Assembly: GCF_022045235.1 (NCBI RefSeq)
Contig: NW_027266297.1
Coordinates: 37,076,001 to 37,140,000 of the forward strand
Length of the DNA: 64,000 nucleotides
Source: Haliotis cracherodii
Lineage: Eukaryota
Direction of reading: 5' to 3'
The stretch's first letter is position 1. Each line of letters starts with the position of its first letter. The notes under the pieces were generated by a model that was not told the DNA's origin, did no database searches, and saw only the letters and a program-made list of their open reading frames with translations. Of the stretch, positions 1 to 13,594 are shown piece after piece. Position numbers and translations under genes: made by a program.

Positions 1-227
1 ACAGTCAGCACAGTGCAAGAATACGATGACTAAGCAATTATAATGAAAGCGTGAGAGTGAGAGACTACTGGGTGGTGCACTGCATTATTTAGCCATATCA
101 CAGTCGTGGAGACCAAGGATGGGCTTCCCACATTGTACCAGTTCAGACTCTGTCTAAACCTTTTGAGTTTACTAGCCCGACACATCACTTGACGTTACTT
201 TCAGCAGATCATAGACTTAAAGTAGGG

Positions 228-501
228 GACCCGTGAAGATTCCGGGGTAGAATAGGTCTTCAGCAACCCATACTTGCCGTAAAAGACAACTATGCTTGTC
301 GTGAAAGGCGACTTACAGGATTGGGTGGTCAGGCTCGCTGACTTGGTTGATCCGTGTCATCGATCCCAATTGCGTGGATTGATGCTCATGATGTCAATCA
401 CTGGATTGTCTGGTTCAGACTCGATTATTTTACAGACCGCTGTCATATAGCTGGAATACTGCTGAGTGCGGCGTTAAACAACAAACCAACCAACCAACCA
501 A
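228..501 (+). mobile_element. SINE-like family C (GACCCGTGAAG head, no tRNA boxes, (AACC)n tail)
   Basis: About 270 bp; more than 20 related copies or fragments in the window. Confidence 0.85.
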
Positions 502-635
502 CTAAATGTAAATGATTTTTAAAGAACTTTTACGAGACTCAGACTAAAGACTAGCGACTGCATATGGAGCACAGGACCCAGACAAGTGGATGCCTTAACC
601 ACGTGGCTACCACAAAGCCCCTACATGGTCTAAGA

Positions 636-999
636 GGTGAGGTGAGGTGAAATTTGGTTTAACGTCGCGTCCAAGATTATTGCACTTATATAGTGACGTA
701 CATGAACGTGTGTGTGTGTGTGTGTGTGTGTGGCTGCTTGTACTAGACCGGACTGATGCCGATTTATAGTGCTAGCCCACTGAGATACCATGCTGCAGTT
801 TAACATGAATGCCCCACTCAGACACAGTATACTGACTCCGAGCCGACCAGTCCTTGCTTTAACCCCTTAATGCCGAGCGCCAGACAGGGTAACAACAAGT
901 ACCATCTTTTCACGTCTTTTGGTATGACGCGGCCGGGGATGGAACCCCGGACCTCCGCTCTCCGGGCGGACGCTCTACCACTAGACCACGGAGGCGGTC
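636..999 (-). mobile_element. tRNA-derived V-domain-like SINE (family B), full length
   Basis: A/B boxes, core GTCATACCAAAAGAC..GGTAC..CTGGCGCTCGGCATTAAGGG resembling the V-SINE domain, (CACCT)n tail, TSD ATGGTCTAAGA (625-635/1000-1010). Confidence 0.9.
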
Positions 1000-1056
1000 A
1001 TGGTCTAAGAAACAATGATACATCTATTTAGTCTAAACTACCGGCATACTACGTAC

Positions 1057-1263
1057 AGTGCATGGTGTTTTCTGGATGCCCCCTTTGATCTTGTAAGCAG
1101 CAGCACTGATGTCCTGGAACTTGATGACCTGTGGATTTTGGGGGTCACAGAACTCATCATGGACCTCAACATACTCTTCCTCCTCATCCTCATTCGGAGT
1201 CTTTGGATCCATCACGTACACGTCAAGGTTATCCTGACTGTCTGCTACCACCCCATTACAAGC
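1057..1263 (-). CDS. Exon of L-threonine ammonia-lyase (threonine dehydratase)/serine racemase-like PLP enzyme; gene continues leftwards out of the window
   Basis: Acceptor tttaagcag|GCT and donor ACT|gtacgt, 207 nt, phase 0-0. Peptide ...DEFCDPQNPQVIKFQDISAAAYKIKGGIQKTPCT matches the N-terminus of invertebrate threonine dehydratase-like proteins. The start could be the internal Met (MDPKTPN) or lie in an upstream exon. Confidence 0.8.
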
Positions 1264-2129
1264 CTGCTTAAAGGAACAAATTAGGACATTACTAATCCAT
1301 TTCTCTTTTAATGTACACAAGTATCCTTCAAAATCCTTAAGAAAATTAATAATTATTTTGACAATGAACTTCAAGCTACACGCAGTTATGGATTATATTC
1401 CAGAGTGAATAAATTTTGTAAGTTTGAGCCTTGTGTGGGAATTTCAACATAACACGTTGGACAGATAATCTGTAATTCTGATTTGCGAGCAGGTTATTCT
1501 TTATATTAGTATTTTTTTCTGAGAAAATGTGGAAAAATGTGGGTTTCCTTATCTCGGGGGTTGGGGGTGGGGGGTGGGGGGTGGGGGGGGGGGGTTTGGA
1601 CATCAGCTCAGCCTATTTTTGGATATGACATCACATAGAATAGCTTGATATTGTGGACAATGGATGATGACATTTTCAATTATTTGCGACAGTGACATCA
1701 CATAGCTAAGAGCCTCTTGGCAAACAATAAATATATATTGTTTATAAAGACACTGCATGTTAGACAAGAGGTCATATGTCAAGTAGGTCAAAAATGAAAG
1801 TGAGACTATATATGCAGAATAATACGATTAAAACATTGTACCTCCTCAATGTTATTTAGGTTAAAGTTTCTTCAGTTTGTTCATGCATTCATGTTTGAAT
1901 CACCACCACTGTATATGAACGCACAATAAGAAATTTCAAGTAAGCGGAAGACCAAAGACAAGTTGATTTCTTCCAGGCTAGTCCAGCTTACCTGTTGCTT
2001 ATGAAACTTTTCTGCCAATTTTTAACACTGTATAGATCAACAAATGGTCCAGACTTCTCCAAATGATAGAAAAACTGTTACATTAATCAATAACTACAAC
2101 AACCAAGTGAGAACTTTGAGAGTGTGCTG

Positions 2130-2400
2130 AGAGTGAGTGATCTGAGTTGGGTTAACGCTGCTTTAATATTCCAGTTATATCACAGCGTGTCCGCTTTAAA
2201 GTGTGAGGAAAGCCCAAAGTGATGCAGGTCTCACACGTTTACCACTTCGGTGAAATCCCAGGAGCGTTGTATGGTGCTGACAAACCTAGAAACATAATCA
2301 GGGCAAACTGGGATTTGAACCCATGATCATAAGTTTTTCGCCTACCCAAGGGAAGCAACTCTGAACAGAAAATTGTGGTGCCTTACTGGGCCATCCTTGC
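2130..2400 (-). mobile_element. tRNA-derived SINE family D, diverged
   Basis: Reverse-complement similarity to 31010-31289. Confidence 0.7.
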
Positions 2401-5400
2401 CCACAATGTGCTGAGAAAGATCAGCTAGCAACCCTTTGTCATTTTTCAGAAAGTTTCACATCTGAATATTTTGTCCATGTTGAATCCATGTGTGATGAGA
2501 GACTGTTGCTAATCTGAGAGAAGACAGCCACACTACCAGCCACAGTGTACATTGAGCAAACAGCTGAACATAGTATTGCACAGCCAAGATGACAACAACA
2601 CACATAGCAGTAACTCACCACGACTCGTGAATGACCTTCACTACAGCTAAGAACTTCCTACAGGATGCCCCAGATCAATTCTTGTTGCGGTGACTGACAT
2701 ACCTTTGGATGTGTGTCAAATGGGTTCGTGATATTCAAAACGAAAGATTTAACATGAACTGAGAATACTCAGTTCTGATTGGTCAATCAAAGTTATCAAA
2801 TCATTTCTGACGTTATTACCCATTAACCACATAATAAAATCTAGTTTTGTCCATATAATGCTGAAAAGCACATTTTACTCTGTCACTGCCAATCAATTAA
2901 GATATTTTCATTGTTACTTTAATTGGCAATATCGGTGTACATATTTTTATGGATTATAGATATATGATGTGACATACATGTGTAAATATTTCATTATCCC
3001 AAACTGGCTTCTACAGGAGATATCACTTGTGTGCATTACAATTATTTGCAGACCATATAACGTCAGGATTTATCAAATACATCAAAACTCATCAATAACA
3101 GTTAAAACCGCCTTAGCAATCCCCAAGAGTTTTTCAACCAAAATCGTTATAGGTAAAATATTAATATAAACTTCTCAGCCATAAACCCTGAGTAAACATC
3201 CTGACCAATGAAATTACAGCTCTCAGCTTTGGCAAATTTCAAACATTACAGGCATGTCAAAGTGAAACAAACTTGAGTTGTAAGTAAATTTTGGGAGCCA
3301 TACGTTAATGTATGCTGTAACTGAGTTAGCGTTATATTGAAGGGCGCAATAGTGAGGGAAAACTGTAAATAGACACAAATTACACATCTTCTACAAGCAG
3401 CATGTAATTTGTTACTGTAAACAATAATTTGTATGATTTTACAGAGACATTTTTTCATTAGATCATAGTAATGGTTACTGCAGGTATAATGAGATTGCTG
3501 CAGTTGCCTCTAGGAATCTAGTCATTGTGAAATGTTAGTGCATGTCTTCACTGAACGTTTCTCACAAAGTTATGGCCAAGACACTTCAAATAGTCAGCAT
3601 AAAAGTTTGATTTGATAAGTGCAAATGGTTATTTGAGTTAAAATTCATTAAAGCACTGAATATGGACAATATTTAACTTCGAGTATAATATAAAATGATT
3701 TTGTTTTAGTGCAGCATGGCCATAAAACGGTCACAATGATTTTGTTTGACATGTACTAATATCAGCCCACTACAGTGATAATCAGAGAAAACATGAAGAA
3801 TATTTCACATGAGTGAATTAATGTTGTTACACGACTGTGCATGTCTTGCTATCTAACTCCAATCCCACTTGTAGTTTTAATTACATTTTATATTTGGACG
3901 TAGTTAGGGTGAAGTATGATTGACTTGTGCACTAGGGTGTGTGTTTATTTATATACCCGGTAGTCACAGAACTCATGCAGTCTCTACACTGATATGAATG
4001 AGTAGTGAGTTATCCATGTGTAAGTATTACATATGAATTAAGACCCGTCTAAATATATTTTTCCTTGCTTTACTGATAAACATTCTGTGACAGAGTAAAA
4101 TACCAGGGCAATGGCCAGAGACACATGCCATTCTAGAACATTTTCATGATTTTATGAATATTGAATACCACATTTTCTATATATATTACCAATTTCAAAG
4201 AATATTTAGGACATTTTGGATAATATAAGGTTGACAACAAATTTATCTTACCGACATTCATTCCTACAAGTCCAGAATACATGTCCACAGTTTCACAGAG
4301 GTAGCAAATCTTGAACAAGACGGATTTGGATAAAAATGTTGGTTCACTTCAGAAACTCAACAGTACTTATGAGAGATAAGCATGTTACCTAAGATGTGTT
4401 CTGATTGATTTCTCAGCAGACGACATGAAATATGTACCCCACCTAGCCTGTGAGCGGCTATATGAAAAATAACCAATCAGAAGCTAGTATTTTAATGTAC
4501 GTTAAGATGAAAATCAGTGTCCTAGAATAGACCCAATAATGACCTGCTGTGTACCATGAGAGTATGTTTATTCATTTACCTTACTACTAGTAAGTAACAT
4601 TCAATCTCTTTTCAGAAAAATAAATATTGTTTACATAATTATATTTTTTACCTTACATCAAATATAACCTATTTATCCAAATTTAGTACTAAATCATATA
4701 CATGTGCATCTGTACATCATGACATATTCCTAGGCTAGCCAACAGAAACATAATTAGCTCCATCAGAGACCATATATGGTCTCTGGCTTCATTAATTTTA
4801 ATTTTTCAGGAATAGCCAGTTAAATGCTGACTAAGTTATAAATATGCTTGTTTTATCTCCAATAACAGCTGGCAATAAAATTCAGTCATATGAAAACAAT
4901 AGCATGCTTTATCTCTCTCACAAACACAGAGTGCTAGCAAATAAGTCAGTTATCTTAAACAAACTACAGACAAGGCAACAAAAACAAGCACTCACTTATC
5001 CTTGATCCAGAACAACAAAGCGAACTTGAATAACACAAAACCTCTTCAAGGATTTTACATTTTAACCATGCTTACAAACCACACAGTTTTAACAATTTCA
5101 TCCCTGATAATATAATACAACTTACAGATAATCTGATTACACCTCTCTAACCTCCATCCGAATAGATGTGATCTCACAACACGTGGTGAAATGAACCGTT
5201 GATGCTGTCACCAACTGTCACATCAGCTCACGCGGAGGTCGTCTGCCATGTGGACATTATTTGCATGTGACAAACATGTTTATGAGGGACTGCTGCTATT
5301 GGCTGCCACACACAGGCTGAGTGTTCACATTCCATAATAAATGAGGGATCAAGGCAAGTACCTTGTCTGACTCCTGTTGATGGAACAGGGAACGAACAGC

Positions 5401-5837
5401 CTGCTATTTGTTACACAGTGCATTATGGGAGGGTATTTCAAATACTTGTCAATTACTTGAAAAATAAGATATAATTAGCTTAGGTAAGAACAATATTCCT
5501 TATTATTTAGAATATTTTTTAATAATTCCTGATGCGATTTCTTTTAAAATTATTGTTTATAACATTTCTGGCTGGTACTCACATCTCAACTGGAATATTA
5601 ATTACCAGAGATGATAACTGTCACAATATGCTACTGCAGTGTTCATGCATGGTGTGCATTACTCATAATGGAAACATACACCAAACAGATGGAGCAGCTC
5701 AATCAAGCCTGTTGTATTAACTAGCATTAATTAGCATGATTAGTGGCCCGCTGATAATTAGGTTTGTCTGAAGCAAGCGATGTGGCGGTCTCCTTTTTCC
5801 CAATTATGATAACTTCAGGGTCTAGTGATCATGCCAG

Positions 5838-6645
5838 CCAATTCTTCATTCCCTCAATGTAATGAATAAATCCACTGTGTTTAAAGTAGAAAATGTACTT
5901 ACAGAAAAATGAATATGTATATTTTCATGACTACTCTAAAACAGATATGTTGGTATTGTATAGACTGATACTTTATAGTCACGAAAATAGGAGTGCAATT
6001 TGTACATACTTGGATTTTATATAAATGTCAAGTTAAAATCCAATTCTTCATTCCCTCAATGTAATGAATAAATCCACTGTTTTTAAAGTAGAAAATGTAC
6101 TTACGGAAAAATGAATATGTATATTTTCATGACTACTCTAAAACAGATATGGTGGTATTGTATAGACTGATACTTTACAGTCATGAAAATAGGAGTGCAA
6201 TTTGTACATACTTGGATTTTATATAAATGTCAAGTTAAAATCCAATTCTTCATTCCCTCAATGTAATGAATAAATCCACTGTTTTTAAAGTAGAAAATGT
6301 ACTTACGGAAAAATGAATATGTATATTTTCATGACTACTCTAAAACAGATATGGTGGTATTGTATAGACTGATACTTTACAGTCATGAAAATAGGAGTGC
6401 AATTTGTACATACTTGGATTTTATATAAATGTCAAGTTAAAATCCAATTCTTCATTCCCTCAATGTAATGAATAAATCCACTGTTTTTAAAGTAGAAAAT
6501 GTACTTACGGAAAAATGAATATGTATATTTTCATGACTACTCTAAAACAGATATGGTGGTATTGTATAGACTGATACTTTACAGTCATGAAAATAGGAGT
6601 GCAATTTGTACATACTTGGATTTTATATAAATGTCAAGGTAAAAG
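5838..6645. repeat. Tandem repeat, 202-bp unit x4, near-identical
   Basis: Unit starts CCAATTCTTCATTCCC at 5838, 6040, 6242 and 6444. Confidence 0.95.
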
Positions 6646-6687
6646 ATTGGGGGGAGGGGGGACATTAAAACAATGGGCAGATGATAT

Positions 6688-6730
<43 letters not shown>

Positions 6731-6749
6731 CAGTAGTAGTAGTAGTAGT
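6688..6749. repeat. (GTA)n microsatellite
   Basis: About 20 units; source of the poly-Ser ORF. Confidence 0.95.
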
Positions 6750-6994
6750 CTCAGTATGTTACAACAATGTACAGTCGTGGGGATTGTCTATAGAGGTAGC
6801 ATACAAATACACTTTCATGGAACTTGTTCGGCTGATACTTTGATTGTGACTGCTCCTGCCTACACTGACTGTGTTCATCACCGTGTTCACAAGTGTTATA
6901 AGAAGGTAGGTTTATTAAAGAAACATGCACAGATAATGCCCTCCAATTACTATTATACAGAGAATTTTGACTGCAGGAGCTGTTTTATGAAATA

Positions 6995-7145
6995 AGTCAG
7001 TTTTACTCCGCATTTAGCAATATTCCAGCAATCTCACATAACAGTGGGGGGACACCAGAAATGGGGCTTTACACGTTGTACCTATGTGGGGAATCGAAAC
7101 TGGCCTGACAAGCGATGGCTTTAACAGCTGAGCTTACCCAACGCC
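6995..7145 (-). mobile_element. tRNA-derived SINE family A, diverged
   Basis: Reverse-complement similarity to 58732-58900. Confidence 0.75.
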
Positions 7146-7778
7146 TGTTTTTCTGAAATAAAGTAGTCCAATTTGTTTTATGAGCCGACTGAGTTCTTAG
7201 CCGATATATATGCAGTTTAATCTTTTTGCTATATTTTATTTCAAGTCAATCTTGGCACGCAGATCTAGGACAACTGTTAGTGTAAAACAAGAGAGGCTTT
7301 TGTAAAAAAGACAAAACTTAACATGAAGAATGTGAAAGATTATGTAAGTCAGAAGAGTGAGTGAGTACATTCATCAAAAGCACATGCACGCCGCGGACAA
7401 GCTAGGCGCCCCAGGTTACACCATGAAGATGCCATCAAGATCTAAAAACAAGTATTTGAATGTTGCAGTAACAGCTGTCCTTTGGGAATGATTCAAGAAG
7501 TGGTGTGAAGACACTTAACATACAGATGTAGATAACAAATTAATCATGCAGCCTATGGCAGCCATCTTGAAAATGTTATTTTGTCTCATGGATAGGTCTG
7601 GGGTACACTAGCATCTAGTCTCTGAAATGAACATATTGTACAGAAAAAAACCCAGTTGTTCAATTATCTTAATAAAACTTAAATAAGGAGCCCAGAGACT
7701 CTTCATTTTCAGATACTACAGTAATCCAGACTTGCACACATTATAGACTTGCATGAGCTGTATTGGATATATTTGTAT

Positions 7779-8152
7779 TAGGGCTGGGACAGTAAATCGG
7801 GTACTTGAGTCGGGTGGGACCCGTGGTTAGTCATATGATATATTTATTTATGACATTAACAATAAAATTTCATGGTTACACTTTATAAGTACAAGTCGCT
7901 AATGTTCACATTTCTTTCTGACTGTGCACACATTCCTTCTGACTTTGATGCGTTTGACTAAAGACAAAGCTTCAGTCAACTTCAGTATATGCACGATCAG
8001 ATCGTTTTATACTATATATAAATACTTTTTGCCAGGGCTCCACTAAAAAACTTCCCATTTGAACATTTTGTACCTAAGAGTGGGTACCTGGGTAGGGTCA
8101 GGTAATAGTATGTCGAGTACCCGGGTAGTAAACTTAGACTCGTCCCAGCCTA
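7779..8152. mobile_element. hAT-type MITE
   Basis: TIR TAGGGCTGGGAC, 8-bp TSD ATTTGTAT; second copy at 34614-35021. Confidence 0.85.
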
Positions 8153-8675
8153 ATTTGTATCAGGGTCTGTATACCAGACTAGGTCTAGGGCTGTGGAGAT
8201 ACAGTTTTGTCAGGCTGCTTACATTAACAGTAATAATGCAGTACGAAACATGATGATAATGTATCGTGAATTTTTACGATAGTACACATAACACTATACA
8301 CTACTGAAAATGAAGCTAAGAGCCCAGTTTGGGCTAGTCGTCTCAAGTCTGAAGCCCCTGTTGGGAATTAATGGGATCCACTTGACCTTTAGGTTAGCTG
8401 CTGTGGTGTTTGAATCTAAGGAATTGTTAATTCTGTCACAGTTTCAACATTAGGGTTATGACAATCTAACCAACAAAAACATATGACTTTCATGATTAAT
8501 TTTGAGACACTGCACTGTAATTTCAGTATGTGATGAAACAGTCCATTGCATATAAAAGCAAACTTTTCGAAACAAAGTGAGAGATAAATTGTAGATTTCA
8601 GATGTACGAAATGAAAGGTATCCACAAAGACTACAACAGATTACACAGATAGAGACATAACACAGTCACAATGCA

Positions 8676-8827
8676 CAGGGGCCCACAAAGCGATCTTAGC
8701 AGTAAGGTGATCGTAACTCCCACACTTCAACCAGAAACCATGAAATAGATTTATTTTATAGTCTCTGCTTCAACATAGACTTACGACAGGTATAGCTCTA
8801 AGATCGCTTAGTGGAACAAAGCCCTGG
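8676..8827. mobile_element. Palindromic MITE (about 115-bp family) with a nested 36-bp insert
   Basis: Homologous to 27973-28087 and 41351-41465. Confidence 0.75.
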
Positions 8828-9164
8828 ACTTTTAGCAATACTCACCAATCATCTGGTGTTCGCAAAACAGTTCAAACTCATATCAACAAGCAGTCCTATA
8901 GAATGTGAGGGAATAGCATAACAACACAGTGGGAAATATCCTAGCTCCCTGACAGCAGCTGCTCATCGCTGTAGTGACTGGGCCCTGCATGGAGGGTGGG
9001 TCTGGAGGGTCAACAGTGTACACCACTCCACATGCTCAATCTGGCTTCAGTGTCTTCCCTGAGTGGTCACCCATCCATACAAACATCACCTAGCAACCAT
9101 CCCTCAACAGGGACTAGGCTCGAGCCAATTGGCAATCATAGTGTATTCAAAATGAGTTTTGTAC

Positions 9165-9303
9165 ATTCTTAGTCCACTAGTCCTTATAATGATAACATAT
9201 AGCAAAACCCTTAAAAATGGCAAACTTCTACTAGTCCTTAGGATACCTTAACTATTGGGCAGTTTGGCAAGGACTACAGGACTAGTGCCAGTTTCTAACA
9301 CTG
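9165..9303. mobile_element. About 150-bp MITE-like repeat (GGACTAGT family)
   Basis: Reverse-complement of copies at 30599-30754 and about 34017-34190; CAG..TAGAAA-type termini. Confidence 0.7.
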
Positions 9304-10469
9304 CTGTGTGTGTGTAAACTCAAATTTTATTGTTTGTACTGATCAAACTGTTAATAATAACTCTATTTACATAGAGAGACAATGCCTTAAGCTTGACATA
9401 TCACTGACTAAAACATCTAGTCCTAGTTTCAAAAGAAGCTGTATTCACAATGTGGGACTACCTTTGGATATATCATGATATATATTTTATGAAGTCTGAA
9501 TGAAAAGATTTTACAGGAAGTCAAATTAAGGATGAATTAATATAGGAATGGAAATCACCCCTAATCATTTATAATGACATTCTCGAGGATCCAGTTAAAT
9601 ATATAAACAGTTGTCCAATCAAATTACACACATCAAAGACTTATCTATATCATGTATATACGTCTTTGCACACATGTACAAGAGAAAATTTGAGGCAAGT
9701 TACTGACAAGAGGGACAGGGATCAATCCATTCCATTCATCACTTCTAAAATGGATGATGGTGCCAACCTCCTTTTGGTATGCCAAAAGCCAAAGCCTGTA
9801 AGAGTATTCCAGATCCTGCAGTGCAATATGCCTGATACCATGAAATGTTTATCTGATACCTAGATGCCAATATCTCAAAGATGAACTTTTTTGGGGTCTT
9901 TTTTCATGCAAAGAGCAACAAATCAATAAAATATTCCACCCTAAGCTCCCGAGCATGCAGGGTCATGTATTCTATGTGATAATACCAGTCCGATTTACTT
10001 GTACCAGCTGTGCACACTGACATGACTCAAGGGTTCTTAACTGATTGCCACTTAAGAATCTAAGGTAGTGAGTGGTTCCATGACAAGCTGATCAAGGACG
10101 CGCTAATGAGGGGAGTCAGTTAGTCATCTTTTTGTTATCAGTAATCAAATACAAGTGTAAATGATAGCTTGTATTTTTCATGAAGACTGAAAAATACCTC
10201 ATGTGACATGAACCTAATGGGACATGACTTCTCACTTGTATCGAAATACAAACTAATGTAATATAATTAGAATATAATATGTATATATACTATTTCATTA
10301 AAATCAGTTGAGATGTATTTGTGACAATCCAAATAATTGTTATGTGAATATATATTGAATATATGCAGACAACAATATTTTGAAATTTAATAAAACCAAA
10401 TAAATTACTGACTGAAATTAAACTGTCAATAACAAACCTCTTTACTATTACTTAAACGTCATATGATAA

Positions 10470-11160
10470 GGTCAAGGTCAAATTCAGGAAATGCCTTGTG
10501 TTGATTGGTCAATATGTAGTTGATGTCATAATACATCGGAGGTGTGTCATTTTAATCCAATCAGCTCAAAGTGTGTGGTAAAACTGTACGTTGACCAAAG
10601 CATCGTCTGCTTGGTGACTGTCGTTTTGCAAGGTCAATGTAAACACAAATCTCAGTTGGTGTCTATTTCTAATAATCGAACATGGACGTGTCAAGAGAGT
10701 ATCATGAAATAGGTGCGAAAATGTGGTTTCAACCGGTTTTACCCAAAACGAATGATTACGTGATGTTTTTGTCTTGGGGGTACTTTGTCGTGTGTACGTC
10801 AGTGATTCTGCCTTCCTTCGTGACACATTGATACTAAAAATATGTTCATTCTGTCCATCAATATACAAAATATGAATGAAATTATCAGTAAACAAGCGTC
10901 AAACTTTCCTGTATGAGATAAAAACTAGTTCAAAGCAGACTCAGTACACATGTATCAGTAACAATGTTATAAGATCAAAACAAAAACGCACGTCAAAATT
11001 AGTTTCTCCGTTCATAGCGCTTTTGTTGACTGGTCAGTTGATAGCCAAGTGCCTTCGGTTGGATCTCGTTGCGAGGGTATGATGTCCTTGCGGTCAGGCA
11101 CACTTCTGCGTAAATATATATACGGTCACGGCAGCTAGACACCAACACATGGGTGGGTGT
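10470..11160. promoter_or_regulatory. Putative promoter region between the divergent genes
   Basis: Repeat-free, locally CG-dinucleotide-rich; opposed CCAAT boxes (ATTGG about 10504, CCAAT about 10557); AGGTCA direct repeat about 10469-10480. Confidence 0.35.
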
Positions 11161-13501
11161 TTACGTTTTGATTGATGGAAGTGTTCGGTCACGTGACTCA
11201 TTCAATGCCCCCCATTACTCAAATACTAGATACCACACAGCTGCTAACAGTTATGATAACAAGTTTGAGTACTCAACTGAATCTACTTCGAAAACAGTTG
11301 TACATTGGGGTATATATCCAACTCATCTTTAATAGGGATAATCAGTTATGCCAGATATATTATATATACACATTGCATAGAATGAGAATCAGTTTTGTGT
11401 ATCAAAGAAGGATAAAAAATATCCCAAGCAAAAGTGGTGTGGTATACTTCGATAACATGCACCAAAGACGTATATAGATCTATATACGTTTGCATGCTTT
11501 GAATAGTATCGTAAGATTTTGCCCTGCGTAGCATACACGATAACACGTGAACTGAAACAATATCTTGTTTGTGAACTAAAATGACTTAAATAATACAAAA
11601 CCGATTACATAAGTAAATAATTTCAAGTTAAAGAGCAATTTACATAATTGTCTCGCGGCGTATAAAATTGTGAAATAATGTTTAATCTATAAATAATAAT
11701 TTCATTGTAATGTTTAAATTGATGAAACTGAAGACACTAGACAACCATATACATGTCTGGTATTCCAGACTGACAACAGCACCAACAATCAAGCGAATAT
11801 CGTAGACTGCACAGTGAGAAGGTAGAGGTGACAGGAAACTGAAGGAATATTTACCTACCTAGTGTTGAATGTTATTACACTGACATTTATTCCCAGAAAT
11901 AAAATTATCTTATTCAAAAATATATATCTACAAAATAAAAATCCAAATGGAGCCCAGAATAAACCTTAATTTAATGAGGCAATCTAGACTTGCCAAATCA
12001 TTCTAGACTTGAGTTGGATTCCTTTTTAAATGTTTTCTCTTGCGTCTGGGAGACAGACTATGGGATATTATAATTGCGAGGGGAAGTGAAATACATTGTT
12101 AGTCATAGTAACAATATAGCTCAGTACATGTATTTTCTTACATCGGGTGTTGAATGGTCATTGAATACGCATGGCTGATAGTTTATTCCAACTGACGCCT
12201 CTCTATCCATGTTTTGCCTTACATCCTGTGCTATATGGGATTAAAATCTTAGCCCTTTTCATTTCGACGTGTAGTGTTTGTTATATTAGTCGCGGTCGGA
12301 TTCGACCATTGTGCGGATTAATAATCATTTAACAGGTGTGTATGTGATTTTCTACCCAAAACTATTTTTGTACTCTTGGGGTTTTTGTACTCAAATCCTA
12401 AAACATATCTATTTAAGTATATAATTATATTTGTTTGTACCTTATACTGCAAATAATCACATGAATATAAAACTGTATACTTCATATTCCTACTAAAATA
12501 ATGCATAGCCAGACAGTGCCTCAAGTCAAAGGTCAAGCACTATATATAATCCCCAGGATTCACACGTTTCTACACAATCTACAACAGGTCTGGGAGCTGA
12601 ATCGCAGGACCGTTGGCTCTGGCAAGTTCACAGTACATGTCATCTGCCTTGAGTGCTTGTTTTGTAGGGTGTGCGATATGACTGGTATACAGGTGTATTG
12701 CCTGGACATCCTCAATACACATAGTATATAGCAATACGACCCTTCAGTATCGACGTCTTCCGTCCAATCCCATTAATGTATTATGTCAATAATCCTATTG
12801 ATGTTGTATGTCAATAATCCTATTGATGCAGTGTGTCAATAATGGATCAATATAACAGTAACTGTATATTTTGAAACTAATACAATAATGTAGGGAAAAT
12901 TTGATGGATACATAATTACATACTGGTTTGGGTAGAACATCACAAGAAATTTTGGGTACAAAATCACTACATCCCTTTGAGAGATTGTTGGGTTACTTAT
13001 TCAGACATGCATCACAGTATCATCACGCCCCTCATTACCACCATTATGATCTAACTAGAACAATGCAGTAATAATAATCCATTATGTGTTATTGTGTGTG
13101 TTAATTTATTGAAAATGTTTGACATGCTTAACGAGATAACACAGTAGCTGTCAAACATGAAACGATGAATCTGTGAAATATCAGAATATCGTTGGGTTAG
13201 ATATATATTTATGAAGTTTCTCCGATGATTTTAAAATAATCTAAAAAGACCTACAACAACTATCGAGAAATCGGTTATCTCTCAGCACAGTCAGCAGACG
13301 CCTTGAAATATACACGTTGTTATTAGTTGTTGCGAATATGTGATATATTTACACCAGGAACATGGCGGAAATGCAAGTAGATGGAAAGAATGTTGTCAAT
13401 ATGTGAGAAAAGTTAGTTAAATGGTGTGCATAAAATGTTTGGACCGTTATTTGCATATTATTCGCCTGTGCCATGATTGTTATACAGGATAACTCACAGA
13501 C

Positions 13502-13594
13502 ATGTCGTCCAAAGGGCGAAAACTGGCGAAAAATATTGGGAAATCCCTTCGCAAAAAGTTTACCGATTCAGAAGGTCGACCTGACCAGCAACAG
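13502..13594 (+). CDS. RhoGAP exon 1 (MSSKGRKLAKNIGKSLRKKFTDSEGRPDQQQ)
   Basis: acATGt start, CAG|gtaaca donor, phase 0 matches the next exon; basic N-terminus. Confidence 0.7.

Noticed and set aside
2619-2657. Possible 39-nt minus-strand coding exon (EVLSCSEGHSRVV) of the dehydratase gene
   Set aside because: Phase-compatible with a good donor, but the acceptor is weak and there is no homology support.
6681-6995. Poly-serine ORF
   Set aside because: Caused by the (GTA)n microsatellite.
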